Positions 28,756 through 40,428 of a stretch of DNA of 64,000 bases are shown one piece after another. Under the pieces are notes generated by a model. It was not told the origin of the DNA. It did no database searches and was given only the letters and a program-made list of their open reading frames with translations. Both the position numbers and the translations under genes were made by a program. Source of the DNA: an uncultured delta proteobacterium (GTDB lineage Bacteria > Myxococcota_A > Polyangia > Polyangiales > JAFGIB01); NCBI GenBank assembly GCA_963778655.1, contig CAVZVA010000011.1:416001-480000 (forward strand), written 5' to 3'. The first letter of the stretch is position 1, and each line of letters starts with the position of its first letter.

Positions 28756-30654
28756 TCAGCCGGCCGACAGCGTCACGGCCTGGCCCGGCGCCGGCGGAGC
28801 GAACGGAGCGAGGCGCCCGCGCCGCCACGTGCGCCACAGGTAGCGCGGCGAATCGAGCGGGCGGGCGAAATGGAAGTCGCACACCGCGGGGCGCCCGTCC
28901 GCGGTCAGCGCCTCCACCACGACCGTCATCTCGCTGAGCACGATGCGGTCGCCGCGATGGAAGGGGTGGCCCGGGCTGCGCGACTCCCAGCGCGGGTCGA
29001 AGAAGCCGTCTTCGGAGGTCACGCGCAGCACCCGGGTCCCCCGACGCTCGATCTGCGTCGGCCGGGCGGTCGCGCTCAGCCAGTAGAGCTTGTCCGGCCT
29101 GGGCTCGCCTTCGACCGTGCGCATCGCCGGTAGGTAGCTCAGGATCGCGGAGTCCGGAACCCCGGCCACGATCACGGTCTGCTCGCGCAGCGCGGGAGTC
29201 GCGGGCAGGCTGGCGTCGGCGGCCTTGGCGAACGAGGCGACCCAGGCGGGCGAGAGCGCGAGCGCGGGCAGCAGCACGGGATCGACCAGCAGGTGGGCGA
29301 CCGCCAGCAGCCCGGTGAAGAGGCGGCGCAAACGCAGGTCCGCGGCGCCCACACCGCGCAGAGCGTCGTGCATACCGCGGGCCAGCAGCGGCATCACGCC
29401 GAAACCGGCCAGTACCAGCAGCCGATCGCTGGTCAGCGTGGCGCACAGCGGCAGCGTGGCCAGCGCCGCCCCGAGCGCAAAGAAGCGCATCACCGGGCGC
29501 GACTGGTCCTCGCCGTCGCCGGCGGCTGGGCCCCCGGGGGCTTCGCCGACGGGGCGGAAGGGTCGCGCGACCCTCCCGCTAACATGAGCGGTGCTCCGCA
29601 CGCTCGGCCAGACGAACCAGAACAGCGACGCGCAAACCCAGAGCGCAAACGCCAACAGCAGCGGTTGGCTCTGCGTGGGGACCACGTTGTAGATGTCGGA
29701 CGGCACGCGCGAGACCTCGCTCGAAATCAGCACCGTCCAGCGCAGCGGCAGGTTGCGCAGGAACGAAAGCGGCTCGGCCAATGGATCGACGTACACGCCC
29801 AGGCCAAAGCTTCCGTAGCCGGCCGCCGCGCGCGCGCCGGCCCAGATGCCGGCGATTGCGCCGTAGGGCAGCAGCGACGCGACGCGGGTCCGCACCGGGC
29901 CCCGCTCGACGCAAAGCGCATAGGCGAGCAGGTAGCCCACCACACCCAGCGCGAGCTCCCCCGAGATCAACGCCAGCGCAAAGCAGGCGCAGGCGGCCAG
30001 GGCCCGCGACCCGCGCGCGCTGCGGCGCCAGTCGTGATGGAAGAGCAGCGCCGCGATCGCGAACGCGCCCGCGATCAACGCATTGCGGTTCGAGATCCAA
30101 CCGGCCGCCGCGCCGTGGCCGCTGTCGATGGAGAACATCACGCTCGCGACCCCGGCGACCCAGGCTTCCGGCAGCAGCGAGAGATAGGCCTTGGCCGCGA
30201 GCGCCAGCAATAGCGCGAGCCAGGCAAGGCTCTGGAGATGCATCAGGAAGGGATCGCCGGGCCACAGCCAGTGGTCGAGCGCGTGGGTGAGCGAGCTGAG
30301 CGGCCGCATGAAGGCGCAGCGCGCCTGCGCGAAGGTCCACCAGGGCATGCCCTGGCCGTCGATCAACAGACGGTCGTGCACCGGGTCGAGCCAGCGGAAC
30401 AGATCGAACGGCATCCTGCCCGCTAGCTCCGGAGCGCCGGGACGCGCCATCTGCTCGACCAGCACGTAGTCGTCAAGCGAGAAGCCGGAAACCAAGCTCG
30501 GCGCCGCCAGCAGCAGCGCGGCGGCAAGCACGAGATGCCGTGGCCCCGGCCGCTCGAAGCGACGCAGAAACGCGTACAGCCGGCCAGTGCCGCCGCGCGT
30601 AGCCGATTCCGAGCGCAGCGACACGACCGGCCCAACCGGAGTCGAGCCGTCCAT
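28756..30654 (-). CDS. Multi-TM protein, TMTC-like GT-C fold glycosyltransferase family (paralog 1)
   Basis: LDDY, FMRPLSSLTHALD, WISNRNAL, SGE and DRLL motifs; C-terminal periplasmic beta domain. Confidence 0.7.
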   Translation of the reverse strand: MDGSTPVGPVVSLRSESATRGGTGRLYAFLRRFERPGPRHLVLAAALLLAAPSLVSGFSLDDYVLVEQMARPGAPELAGRMPFDLFRWLDPVHDRLLIDGQGMPWWTFAQARCAFMRPLSSLTHALDHWLWPGDPFLMHLQSLAWLALLLALAAKAYLSLLPEAWVAGVASVMFSIDSGHGAAAGWISNRNALIAGAFAIAALLFHHDWRRSARGSRALAACACFALALISGELALGVVGYLLAYALCVERGPVRTRVASLLPYGAIAGIWAGARAAAGYGSFGLGVYVDPLAEPLSFLRNLPLRWTVLISSEVSRVPSDIYNVVPTQSQPLLLAFALWVCASLFWFVWPSVRSTAHVSGRVARPFRPVGEAPGGPAAGDGEDQSRPVMRFFALGAALATLPLCATLTSDRLLVLAGFGVMPLLARGMHDALRGVGAADLRLRRLFTGLLAVAHLLVDPVLLPALALSPAWVASFAKAADASLPATPALREQTVIVAGVPDSAILSYLPAMRTVEGEPRPDKLYWLSATARPTQIERRGTRVLRVTSEDGFFDPRWESRSPGHPFHRGDRIVLSEMTVVVEALTADGRPAVCDFHFARPLDSPRYLWRTWRRGRLAPFAPPAPGQAVTLSAG

Positions 30655-30798
30655 GGAGGGTTGCCGCTACCGCAATCAATGCGGCTGAGCGCGCTTTCTG
30701 TGACTGCAATAGGAACAAAACCGTCGCGTTCGGTATGTCGCGGCCTCCAAGGTTTCGGCGCAGTTGCACGCCGCTGCAACGCGTACCTCTTGGAGCGC

Positions 30799-31791
30799 TC
30801 AAAACTGCGCGGCGCGCCGCTCGACCAGCGGCCAGAAGCGCACAAAGCTGCGCCCGGCGCTGCGCCACATGCGCTCGAGCTCCTCCGCGCCCGCGAGATA
30901 GCGCTGGAATTGCAGCATGCGCGCGTTGTTGACCTCGAGCTCGGAGGGATCTTCATCCGGCTCCAATCGGATCAGCTCAGCCCTGAGCTTGGCGAATATC
31001 GGCCCGCGCGCGCGCAAGGTCTCGGCGGTTGATCGGCTGCTGCCGTACAGGCGCCGCAGCGCGGAGAGCGTGGCGCGCACGGCGCGGTCGACCTGGCGAC
31101 GCCGCTGCTCGTGGTCCTGCAGCTCGCGCAGCAGCGCCGGCGCTTGCGCAAAACGCGAACGGATGTAGCGCGTGGCGCCCACCCGTCCGACGAAGCTCGC
31201 GAGCTGCTCGTCCCAGTCGGTCTGGCCCGCCACGTAGAGCCGCGCGTGCGTCATCTCGTGCAACATGACCTCGACGAACGACACGGTGCCCCGGCGCATC
31301 ATCACGGTCGTGACCGGATCGCGCAGCAGCCCGAGCGTCGAGTAGGCGGTGACGGGCCCGACCCATGTGTCGTAGCCGGCGCGCTCGAGCTCGCGCGCGG
31401 CCGCGCGCGCGTCGGCTTCGTGCACGAACGACTTGTAGGCGACGCTGCCGACGATGGGAAACCACCAGCTGTACGCGCGCAGCCGTGTCTTCTCGCTGGC
31501 CACCAGCACGAACGCGATCGCGCGCCGCTCGGTGGCGTAGTACCCGGCGTAACTGCCGCGGACCGGCAGCTGCATCACGTCGCGCGCAAACGCGCGCAGA
31601 TCCGGAACCATGCGCAGCAGCGCGGAGCGCCGGGGGTCGCGCTCGGTGGCGATCGCGCGCGGCAGCGGCTGCTGCTCGTTCAGCAGCGCGAGCTGACGCC
31701 CGGCCAGATCGGTGAAGTAGCAACCAGCGCACAGCGGCGCCAGCAGCAGCGCCACCACGAGCAGGGGCCGGAACGCGAGCCGGCGCGTCAC
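30799..31791 (-). CDS. Putative zinc aminopeptidase lipoprotein (DUF2265-like)
   Basis: WWFPIVGSVAYK, AYSTLG..RDP and HEMTH (HExxH). GTG start overlaps the upstream stop. Confidence 0.82.
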   Translation of the reverse strand: MTRRLAFRPLLVVALLLAPLCAGCYFTDLAGRQLALLNEQQPLPRAIATERDPRRSALLRMVPDLRAFARDVMQLPVRGSYAGYYATERRAIAFVLVASEKTRLRAYSWWFPIVGSVAYKSFVHEADARAAARELERAGYDTWVGPVTAYSTLGLLRDPVTTVMMRRGTVSFVEVMLHEMTHARLYVAGQTDWDEQLASFVGRVGATRYIRSRFAQAPALLRELQDHEQRRRQVDRAVRATLSALRRLYGSSRSTAETLRARGPIFAKLRAELIRLEPDEDPSELEVNNARMLQFQRYLAGAEELERMWRSAGRSFVRFWPLVERRAAQF

Positions 31792-33278
31792 GGCGGCGGC
31801 GGCGCCGAGACCAGCGGGGCCGGTGCTGCGACTGGCTCGAAGCTCATGCGCATGAAGCGCTCGGGCAGCTCCAGCCCCAACAGAGCCAGGCACGGCGGGA
31901 AGCTTTCGTCGGGGTAGTTGTAGCGGCGGTGCATGCGGTGGAAGTTCTCGGAAGCGTCGAGCTTGAGCATGATCGAGTTGAGCCCGAAGGTGATGCGGTT
32001 CAGGAACACGAAGTCCTTGGGCAGATTGATTCGGGTCTGCCGCGTGGGATCCATCACGCTGAAAGCCTCGCGCACCCATTCCTTGGTGAAGGTGAACACC
32101 CGGTCCTGGCGAAACGCCTCGGTGTGGTAGCAGAAGAACTCCCACAGCTCATCGACGTCGTACGGTTTGCCGGGCAAGACCACCTGCATCTGCTTGAGCA
32201 GGGGCTCGAAGGCGGCGCGGTCGTTCTCGATCAGCGCCCGGTTGAGCGCCTGCAGCTCGCGGATGAATTCGGGGCGAAAGTACTTCACGCAGCCGAAGTC
32301 CACGAACACGATGCCACCGTCCTCCTGGAAGATGTAGTTGCCCGGGTGCGGGTCGCCGTTGAAGACGCAGTAGCGGTACATCGAATCGAACACGAAGTCG
32401 TTGATCGCGTGAACGCACAGGCGCTTTTCGGCCGAGGTCGCGTGCTCCACGAAATCCGCGAAGCCTAGCCCGCGGCAGTACTGTTGAGTCAGCACGTGGG
32501 TCGCGCACAGCTCCGGGTACACGCGCGGGATGCGGATCAGCGGGTGGCCCTGCCAGAGCTCCAAGAAGAGCTGTTGGCTGCGCAGCTCGTTGCGGTAGTC
32601 GAGCTCCTCGAACAGCCGGTCCGTGACCTCCTCGACCACGCCGTGTGCGTCGATGTTGTGGTTGAACGCGCTGACCATGGCAGCCAGGCCGCGGCTGGCG
32701 CGCAGGTCGCTCTTGATCGCCTGCGCCACGCCCGGGTACTGCACCTTGACCACCACTTCCTCGCCTCCGTGCAGCCGCGCCCTGTGGACCTGTCCGATCG
32801 ACGCGGCCGCGAGCGGCTCCTCATCGAAGCGGCGAAACAGCGCCGACAGCGGCCTGCCCAGGTCCCGTTCCACCACCTGTCGCACCACCTCGAAGGCCAT
32901 GGGGGGCGCGTCCAGCTGCAGCCGCTGCAACGCCTCGCGCGCGTTCTCCGGCACGACCTCGGTGGCGAACGAGAGGATCTGCCCGAGCTTCATGAAGGCG
33001 CCCTTCATGTTCCCCATGATCTCGGTGGCCTCTTCGGCGACCTGCATGTGGTAGCGCTCGCGCAGCTGCTTCTTGCGCTCGCGCGTCGCGGCCAGCGAGC
33101 GCAGCGCCAGCCAGTAGCGGCGCAGCACCGAGTGAGTCACCAGCCGGCCCAGCTGCGAGCCGCGCGCGCCGAGCGAGGTGGCGATGCCGGCGGCGTTGCG
33201 CTGAGCCAAGAGCCGCCGCAACGCGAGCCAACCCGACAGCACGAGCGCCGCCGCAGCCCAGAGCAGCCAGACTCGCAT
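31788..33278 (-). CDS. ABC1/AarF/UbiB atypical kinase
   Basis: KLGQ, AAASIGQVH, VKVQYP, ELDY, DPHPGN and DFG. Confidence 0.93.
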   Translation of the reverse strand: MRVWLLWAAAALVLSGWLALRRLLAQRNAAGIATSLGARGSQLGRLVTHSVLRRYWLALRSLAATRERKKQLRERYHMQVAEEATEIMGNMKGAFMKLGQILSFATEVVPENAREALQRLQLDAPPMAFEVVRQVVERDLGRPLSALFRRFDEEPLAAASIGQVHRARLHGGEEVVVKVQYPGVAQAIKSDLRASRGLAAMVSAFNHNIDAHGVVEEVTDRLFEELDYRNELRSQQLFLELWQGHPLIRIPRVYPELCATHVLTQQYCRGLGFADFVEHATSAEKRLCVHAINDFVFDSMYRYCVFNGDPHPGNYIFQEDGGIVFVDFGCVKYFRPEFIRELQALNRALIENDRAAFEPLLKQMQVVLPGKPYDVDELWEFFCYHTEAFRQDRVFTFTKEWVREAFSVMDPTRQTRINLPKDFVFLNRITFGLNSIMLKLDASENFHRMHRRYNYPDESFPPCLALLGLELPERFMRMSFEPVAAPAPLVSAPPPP

Positions 33279-33344
33279 GCTCGGATTAAACCATTGCCGG
33301 CTCCCTGGATGGGCCAAAATCCGCGCTGGTTGCGACAGGCGGCG

Positions 33345-34235
<891 letters not shown>

Positions 34236-34546
34236 GCTCCCTCCTCCGGCGCAATCCACGCCAGCCCTCACATACGCAGCCCCCGCCCAGCGGCAAGCCC
34301 ACGCAGCCCTGGTCGCAGCTCCAGTCGTGGCGGGTGGTGGCAGCCGTCCTCCTCGTCCTCGCCCCATCCCCAGCTCAACCTCGATCCCCCAGCCGTGTCC
34401 GCCCCGCCTGCCGCGTCCCGACTATAGGTAGGGCGATTGGCTCGAATCCCTTCGAGCTCGGCATTAGACTGCTATCGGGTGGTGGCTGACCGTTTGCGTG
34501 GGAATCTGGCGCCGCAGCTCGCGACAAGGCAACGTGAGGTCTAGCC

Positions 34547-37500
34547 GTGCTCTTCGGTTTTGACGACTTCGAGCTCGATGCGGAAAGCCTGGAGCTGCGC
34601 CGGGCGGGCAAGGTCGTCAAGGTCGACGCGCTGGTGGTGCGACTGTTGCTCGCGCTGGTGCGGAACGCAGACCGCCTGCTGACCAAAGACGAGCTGGTGG
34701 AGCAGGTCTGGGAAGGTCGGGCCGTCGCGGACAACGTGATCACCGTCTCGATGGCGCGCCTGCGCAAGGCGCTCGGCCACAGCCGTGGCGAGCGCGAATT
34801 CGTGGCCACGGTGTACGGTCGCGGCTATCGCTTCGTGCGCGAGGTTGCGCTGCACGCGCCCCCCAGCGCGCGGCCGCCGCGGCTGGAAGCGCCGCCGGGC
34901 GCCGACGAGCCGCCCTTCGTGGGTCGCACGCGCGTGCTCGACCGCTTGCGACAAGCACTGGACCAGGCGCGCGCAGGCCGCGGTCGCGTGTGCGCGCTGC
35001 TGGGCGAGCCCGGCATCGGCAAGACGCGTGTGATCGAGGCGCTCGAGCGCGAGCTGGCCGGCTCCGCGGTCCATGTGGCCTGGGGCTACTGCCGCGAGGC
35101 CGGCGACACGCCTCCGCTGTGGCCCTGGCTGCGGCTGCTGCGCGAGGTCACGGCGGCCGCCTGGACGCCCGACTTCGAGCAGCGCCTGGGCTCGCTCGCC
35201 GCGGAAGTGCGCGCGCTGTCTGGAGCGACTGCTGCAGGCGAGCCCGCGCAACCAGCAACCGGGCTGGAGAGCTGGGAAGAGGCCGCACGCCATCGCAGCT
35301 TCGAGGCGATTCTGCGCGCCATCACGCTGGCGGCCGAAACGATGCCGTGGTTGCTGGTGCTAGACGATCTGCACCGCGCCGACGCCGCCTCGATCGAGCT
35401 GCTCAGCCTGCTGCTCGACGAAGTCGCCCACACGCGCGTGCTGGTGGTGGTCACACTGCGGCACACCCACGGCGCGCACGCACCCCGGCCCGAGACGCAC
35501 TTGCCTCAGGTGCTCGGACATCGCAACTGCGAGCGCATCGCGCTCGAGCGCCTGAGCTTCGAAGAGGTCTCGACCTACGTGGCCGCGGTGATCGGCGACG
35601 GGGAGCACAGCGGACCGCTGGCCGAGGCGGTGTTCGCGAAGTGCGAAGGCAATCCGTTCTTCATGACCGAGCTGGCGCGGCAGCTGCGCGACGCCGAGGA
35701 ACCCGACCCCGGCGCGCTGGCGCTGCCCGACACGGCGCTCGAGCTGGTCCGCCAGGGCCTGGCCAGACTTCACCCCGAGACGCGCGAGCTGCTGGCCGTG
35801 GCCGCGGTGATCGGCCGCAGCTTCGAGCTGCCGCTGCTGGCGGCGGTGACGCGCCGCGAGCCGGCCGCGCTGATGCTGCTGTTGGACGAGGCGCTCGCCG
35901 CCGAAGTGCTGGTGGGAGCGCCGGACTCGATGACCGCCTTCGCCTTCGGGCACGAGCTGTTGCGCGCCGTGCTCTACGATGGCCTGTCGGCTCGCGAGCA
36001 ACGCCAGTGGCACCTGCGCACCGCGGAAGCCATGGAGCAGCGCATGGCGATGGGCGAGCAGGTCGCCCCGGCCGAGCTCGCCTTCCATTTTCACGCGGCG
36101 CTTCCAGAGAGCGACCTGCGCAAGACGGTGGAGCACTGCGGCAAGGCGGCTGCCGCGGCCGCGGCGGTATTCGCGAACCCGGACGTGGTGCGCTACTCGC
36201 GGCACGCGCTCGAGGCGCTCGACCTGATGGAGCGGTCGAGCGTCCGCATCCGCGGTGCCCTGCTGTACACCGTCGCTCTGTTTCAGCGCGGCAGCGCGGC
36301 CGGGTTTCCGCGCGCGATCGACGCGGTCATGCGCCTGGCGCAGGAGCAGGGCGACGGCGTGCTGCTGGTGCGCGCGGCGTGCATGCTCAATCCGCATCCC
36401 GGCTTCCAGGCCGTGCCGGGCGGCCGCGCGGCGCTCGAGCGGGCGCTCACCCTGCTCGGGCCCGAAGCGCACGCGACCCGCTCCGTGGCGCTCGCCGCGC
36501 TCGCGGGCACGGCGCCCAATTGCGACTCGGCCGCACGCGCCGGGGCCTTGCTCGAGGAAGCGGTCGCGCTCGCGCGCCAGTCGCGTTCTCGCACCGCGCG
36601 CCACGTCGCGCTCGACGTCAAGCTCTACCTCGAGAGCGGCCCCGGCCGCGAGGCCACGGTGACCGAGGTCACGGGCGAGCTCGAACAGCTCTTCCAGCAG
36701 ATCCCGCGCAGAATCCCGGTGGTGCCCGCGGGCCTGGCACTGCACCGGGCGATCGCCGCGCTGCAGCGCGGAGACGCGGCCGGCACCACGGCGGCGCTGC
36801 AAAGCGCCGCGGCGCGCTGCCGCGAGCTGCGGCACGGCGAGCTGCTGTGGCACAGCGAGCGCTTCAGCGCGCTTTCTCGCTGCAACGCGGGCGCGTGGTC
36901 GGAGGGTATCGCGCAGCTCGAGACCCTGCACCGCCGCACCGAGCAGCGGCCGATCACCGGCACCGCGCCGTTCTGCGCCTTCGACCGGGTGGTCGTGCTC
37001 GGCGAGCTCGCCGGGACGACGGCGCTCGACGATGCCGTGCGCAGCGCGCTCGAGCCGGACGCCTCGGACCCGCCGAGTATCTGGGCGCTCAAGCTGCGCG
37101 CGCTGGCGACGGCCGAGCTCGCAGGCGATGCACGCGCGGCCCTGCGCGCGGTGGCCCCCGCGGACCTGGCGCTGCTGCCCTGCGACCGTGACCACCTGGG
37201 AACGCTCGGCCACGTGGCGCGCGCCGCGCTGCTGCTGGGCGCGCTCGACTACGCCGAAGCCGCATACGCCTTGCTGGCGCAGCATCCGGGCTACTTCGCC
37301 GGCCACGTCTCGTTTCTGTGCGAAGGCTCGGTGTCCCAGCTGCTCGGCATGCTCTCGCACGCGCTCGGACGCCACGCGCTCGCGGTGGCGCAGCTCGAGA
37401 CTGGCGTCCGCGACAACGAGCGAGCAGGGTTGGCGCCGCGCGCGGCCGAAGCGCGGCTGCGGCTGGCGCGCTGCCTGCTGGAGGCCGGCACTACGGTCGG

Positions 37501-37612
37501 ACGCCGGCGCGCGCTCGAGCTCGCACGCGAAGCCCAGACGAGCGCGGAGCGGCTAGGCATGCAGCGAATGGCGCGCGAGGCCGCGGCGCTGCTGCAGGGC
37601 GAAGCGCCGTAA
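34547..37612 (+). CDS. Winged-helix plus AAA ATPase transcriptional regulator (STAND-like)
   Basis: OmpR-type wHTH (TVYGRGYRF), FVGR, Walker A GEPGIGKT, LDDLH and GNPFF. Confidence 0.9.
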   Translation: MLFGFDDFELDAESLELRRAGKVVKVDALVVRLLLALVRNADRLLTKDELVEQVWEGRAVADNVITVSMARLRKALGHSRGEREFVATVYGRGYRFVREVALHAPPSARPPRLEAPPGADEPPFVGRTRVLDRLRQALDQARAGRGRVCALLGEPGIGKTRVIEALERELAGSAVHVAWGYCREAGDTPPLWPWLRLLREVTAAAWTPDFEQRLGSLAAEVRALSGATAAGEPAQPATGLESWEEAARHRSFEAILRAITLAAETMPWLLVLDDLHRADAASIELLSLLLDEVAHTRVLVVVTLRHTHGAHAPRPETHLPQVLGHRNCERIALERLSFEEVSTYVAAVIGDGEHSGPLAEAVFAKCEGNPFFMTELARQLRDAEEPDPGALALPDTALELVRQGLARLHPETRELLAVAAVIGRSFELPLLAAVTRREPAALMLLLDEALAAEVLVGAPDSMTAFAFGHELLRAVLYDGLSAREQRQWHLRTAEAMEQRMAMGEQVAPAELAFHFHAALPESDLRKTVEHCGKAAAAAAAVFANPDVVRYSRHALEALDLMERSSVRIRGALLYTVALFQRGSAAGFPRAIDAVMRLAQEQGDGVLLVRAACMLNPHPGFQAVPGGRAALERALTLLGPEAHATRSVALAALAGTAPNCDSAARAGALLEEAVALARQSRSRTARHVALDVKLYLESGPGREATVTEVTGELEQLFQQIPRRIPVVPAGLALHRAIAALQRGDAAGTTAALQSAAARCRELRHGELLWHSERFSALSRCNAGAWSEGIAQLETLHRRTEQRPITGTAPFCAFDRVVVLGELAGTTALDDAVRSALEPDASDPPSIWALKLRALATAELAGDARAALRAVAPADLALLPCDRDHLGTLGHVARAALLLGALDYAEAAYALLAQHPGYFAGHVSFLCEGSVSQLLGMLSHALGRHALAVAQLETGVRDNERAGLAPRAAEARLRLARCLLEAGTTVGRRRALELAREAQTSAERLGMQRMAREAAALLQGEAP

Positions 37613-37718
37613 CCGCGATCGCACTTGCCGGAAGCGGCAGAGCTCGCTGCGTGCAATCCTCCGCGCTCGGCACCTCGAGGACGCGGCCCCCGCGCCGATG
37701 CGTGCGTGGCGGGCGAGC

Positions 37719-38435
37719 TCAGGCCGGCAGCACTAGCAGCTCGTCGATCAGGGCCTCGACCGAGGCCACGCGCGGCCACTGCGGCTCCTGTGCGTAGTGG
37801 CCGAGCGGATCGACCAGCACGGCGTGCATGCCTGCGCGCCGTGCGCCGCCGACGTCGACCTCGGGCACGTCGCCCGCGTACAGCGCGCGGGCGGCAGGCA
37901 CCCCCATGCGCTGCAGCGCGAGCCGGAAGATCGCAGGGGCGGGCTTCTCGACTCCCTCGATCGCCGAATCGACCACCTGCTCGAAGTAGTCGAGCAGGCC
38001 CAGCCGCTGCAGCACCGAGCGCAGCCGGCCCTCGGAGTTGGACACCACGCCGAGCCGAAGCCCGGCGGCGCGCGCGCGCCCCAGCGCGTCGGGCAGCCCG
38101 GCGGGCACCTTGCGCCAGAAGTACAGCTCGTCGTGCGCGCGCCGCAGCGCCGGGAGCAGGGCCTGGGCCCGTTCCGGCCCGAGCCCGCTCAGCACCAGCA
38201 GCTCGCGCATCAACCCGAACCAGCCGCCCTCGTGGTCCCGCCCCTGCCCCACGTGGCGCCGGTATTGCTGCTTGGCCCTGTGCAGCGCCCCCTCGAGCGT
38301 GGCAGCCGCCACCGCCACGCCCTCGGCCGCGAGCGCGGCCCCCATCGCCTGGCCGTCGAAGAACAACAGCGTGTCGCCCGCGTCGAGCAACAACGCCAGC
38401 GGGCGCACCTGCAGCTCGAGGCCGGCGACCGTCAT
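37719..38435 (-). CDS. HAD-superfamily hydrolase
   Basis: DAGDTL, VVSN, EKP and GD...DV motifs; coupled to the upstream gene. Confidence 0.9.
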   Translation of the reverse strand: MTVAGLELQVRPLALLLDAGDTLLFFDGQAMGAALAAEGVAVAAATLEGALHRAKQQYRRHVGQGRDHEGGWFGLMRELLVLSGLGPERAQALLPALRRAHDELYFWRKVPAGLPDALGRARAAGLRLGVVSNSEGRLRSVLQRLGLLDYFEQVVDSAIEGVEKPAPAIFRLALQRMGVPAARALYAGDVPEVDVGGARRAGMHAVLVDPLGHYAQEPQWPRVASVEALIDELLVLPA

Positions 38436-40273
38436 GGCAGCCAGCGTAACCCGACGAAGACCTGATTGGTCGCGCTATAGAGGCTGGCGAGGGTGACGCG
38501 CGGGTCGCCCGTGGGGTGTTTCTTGCCGCCGATCAACCACGCGCCGGCCTCGACGAAGAAGCCTTGAAAAAGGCGCTGCTGCACGCGCGGCGCGACGAAA
38601 TACGTCGGGCCGTTGAGCAGCCCGCTGCCCAGCTCCAGGGTGAGCCCGAGGTCGCCGGGCGCGTAGGAGGCGAAGGCGACGCTCGAGAGCATCAACCGGT
38701 CGGCGGTCATGAAGGCGAAGCTGCGCTGCGCGTCGGTCGGGCCGCTGGGGGTGCCCTCGATCGAAGCCTCGAGCGCGAGCACCAGGGTCTGCCCCTGCAG
38801 GTACTCGAGCCGCAGCCCGGCGTGCAGCAGGTCCCTCTGCTCTGCGACCGTCGCCGGCTCGTTGCGGGCCGCGGCGACTGCGTTCGACTCCACCGCCAGC
38901 AGCGCGCGGTCGAACATGTAGGCCAGCTCCGCCCCCAGCTGCAGCGGCCCGAGCGCGGTCGCGCCGTCCAGCGAGAGCAGCTCGAAGCGCGCGTAGTCGA
39001 CCGAGACCGGGTGCTTGTCGGCCAGCAGATCCTGCAGTGTGGGCGCCGGGGTCCCGCCGTAGAGCGCGTTGAGAAAAGTCTGGCTGAACACCAGCACCGG
39101 CAGGTGCTCGAGCGCGCTCCCGGCCGTCAGCCCCAGCTCGCCGGCCGGACCGTGTGCGGTCATGCGCAGCGCGCCCTGCGGGCGGGTGAAGCTGGGGTCG
39201 GGCGTGAACGCCGAGAACGCGCTCTCCGAGAGCACCGCCTGGCCCGAACGCGTGAGCGTGTTGTGCAGCAGCGCCTCGGCGTCGGTGTTGCCGAAGATCG
39301 CGGTGTAGCTCTCGTCCAGCTGCGCCTGGGTGGTGGGCGAGAGCGCGTAGTTGCCCTCGAACGCGCGCACCAGGTGCGGCTGGAAGAACGGCAGCGCGAT
39401 CAGCTTCAGCGACAGCCACGAGCCGACGTCCCAGTCCAGGCGCGCGGCGGGCTGTGCGATCTCGCTGGCGTCCGGCATGGTGACCGGGCCGCTGCGCAGA
39501 TCGTAGCTGCTGAGGATGTCGCTGGGGTTGAGCACATCGAAGCGGCCCAGGCGCACGCCCTGGTAGCCCAGGCGCAGGTGCAGCCCCGCGGCCAGCGTGA
39601 GATCGCCGAACAGCGCGGTGGGCGCGACGTCCAGCTCGTAGCGCTCGGGGTTGGCGTCGAGCGTGCCGTGCTGCCTGCGCGCGAACAGGTAGCGAGCGCG
39701 CGCCCCGACCTCGAAGCGCAGGGTCTCGGAGCGGCGCACGTGCGCTTCGAGCAACGCGATGTTGGTCGACTCGATCACGTCCTTGCGCCGCTCGTCCCAG
39801 GCGGTGGCCACGCCGAAGCGGGAGTGCAGCACCACGCGCACGTCGCCGTTGGGCTCGGCCGGCGGCGCGCTCTGCAGCGACGGCAGCTTGGCCACCCCGC
39901 GCAGCTCCGGGTCCTCGATGATCTCATCGCCGCCGCCGGCGCCGAAGGCCGGCTCGGCGAAGCCCTCCGGCTGCGAGGGCTGCGCCGGCTCGGCGGCCTC
40001 GGCCGCGCCGGCAGGGGGCGGCGCCTGAATCACACCGGCATCGGGAGAAGCCGCCTGCGCGGCATCGATCGGGGCGGCAGCCGGGGCCTCTTGCGCGTCT
40101 GCCGCGGCCTCGACCACGGGCACGCCGGCATCCGGCGCGGAGCCCGCGGCGGCCGGCTGGCTCGTCGCTTGCGCAGGCGCCGCGGCCGGCTGAGCGCGCG
40201 TGGCGAGCGGCCAGCAGCCGAGCGCGGCGAGCCCCAGAACCACGCTCCTCGTGTGCCGCCGCGCCTGCTGCAC
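38432..40273 (-). CDS. Outer-membrane beta-barrel protein (DUF1302-like)
   Basis: Signal peptide, Ala/Pro linker, LRLGYQGVRLGRFDVLNPSDIL, C-terminal VFVGLRWLP; start uncertain. Confidence 0.65.
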   Translation of the reverse strand: MQQARRHTRSVVLGLAALGCWPLATRAQPAAAPAQATSQPAAAGSAPDAGVPVVEAAADAQEAPAAAPIDAAQAASPDAGVIQAPPPAGAAEAAEPAQPSQPEGFAEPAFGAGGGDEIIEDPELRGVAKLPSLQSAPPAEPNGDVRVVLHSRFGVATAWDERRKDVIESTNIALLEAHVRRSETLRFEVGARARYLFARRQHGTLDANPERYELDVAPTALFGDLTLAAGLHLRLGYQGVRLGRFDVLNPSDILSSYDLRSGPVTMPDASEIAQPAARLDWDVGSWLSLKLIALPFFQPHLVRAFEGNYALSPTTQAQLDESYTAIFGNTDAEALLHNTLTRSGQAVLSESAFSAFTPDPSFTRPQGALRMTAHGPAGELGLTAGSALEHLPVLVFSQTFLNALYGGTPAPTLQDLLADKHPVSVDYARFELLSLDGATALGPLQLGAELAYMFDRALLAVESNAVAAARNEPATVAEQRDLLHAGLRLEYLQGQTLVLALEASIEGTPSGPTDAQRSFAFMTADRLMLSSVAFASYAPGDLGLTLELGSGLLNGPTYFVAPRVQQRLFQGFFVEAGAWLIGGKKHPTGDPRVTLASLYSATNQVFVGLRWLP

Positions 40274-40428
40274 CGGCGGCAGTCGTATCACGTAACCCCG
40301 TGGAACGCGACGCGCTGGCGCACGGTTCCGAGTGAAGGGCCTCGAGCGGGAGACACGTGCAGGCCCGCGCGAGCGCGTTTGGTCCGAGCCCTGGCCCTGC
40401 ACGGCCCGGCTGACTATGCTGCGCGTGC

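Noticed and set aside
34425..34465. tRNA-like T-loop (ggctcgaatccc)
   Set aside because: Only a short hairpin; no cloverleaf or acceptor stem could be built.
34547..37612. Avs-type antiphage STAND system
   Set aside because: The N-terminal domain is an OmpR-type wHTH typical of regulators, with no nuclease or other effector domain.
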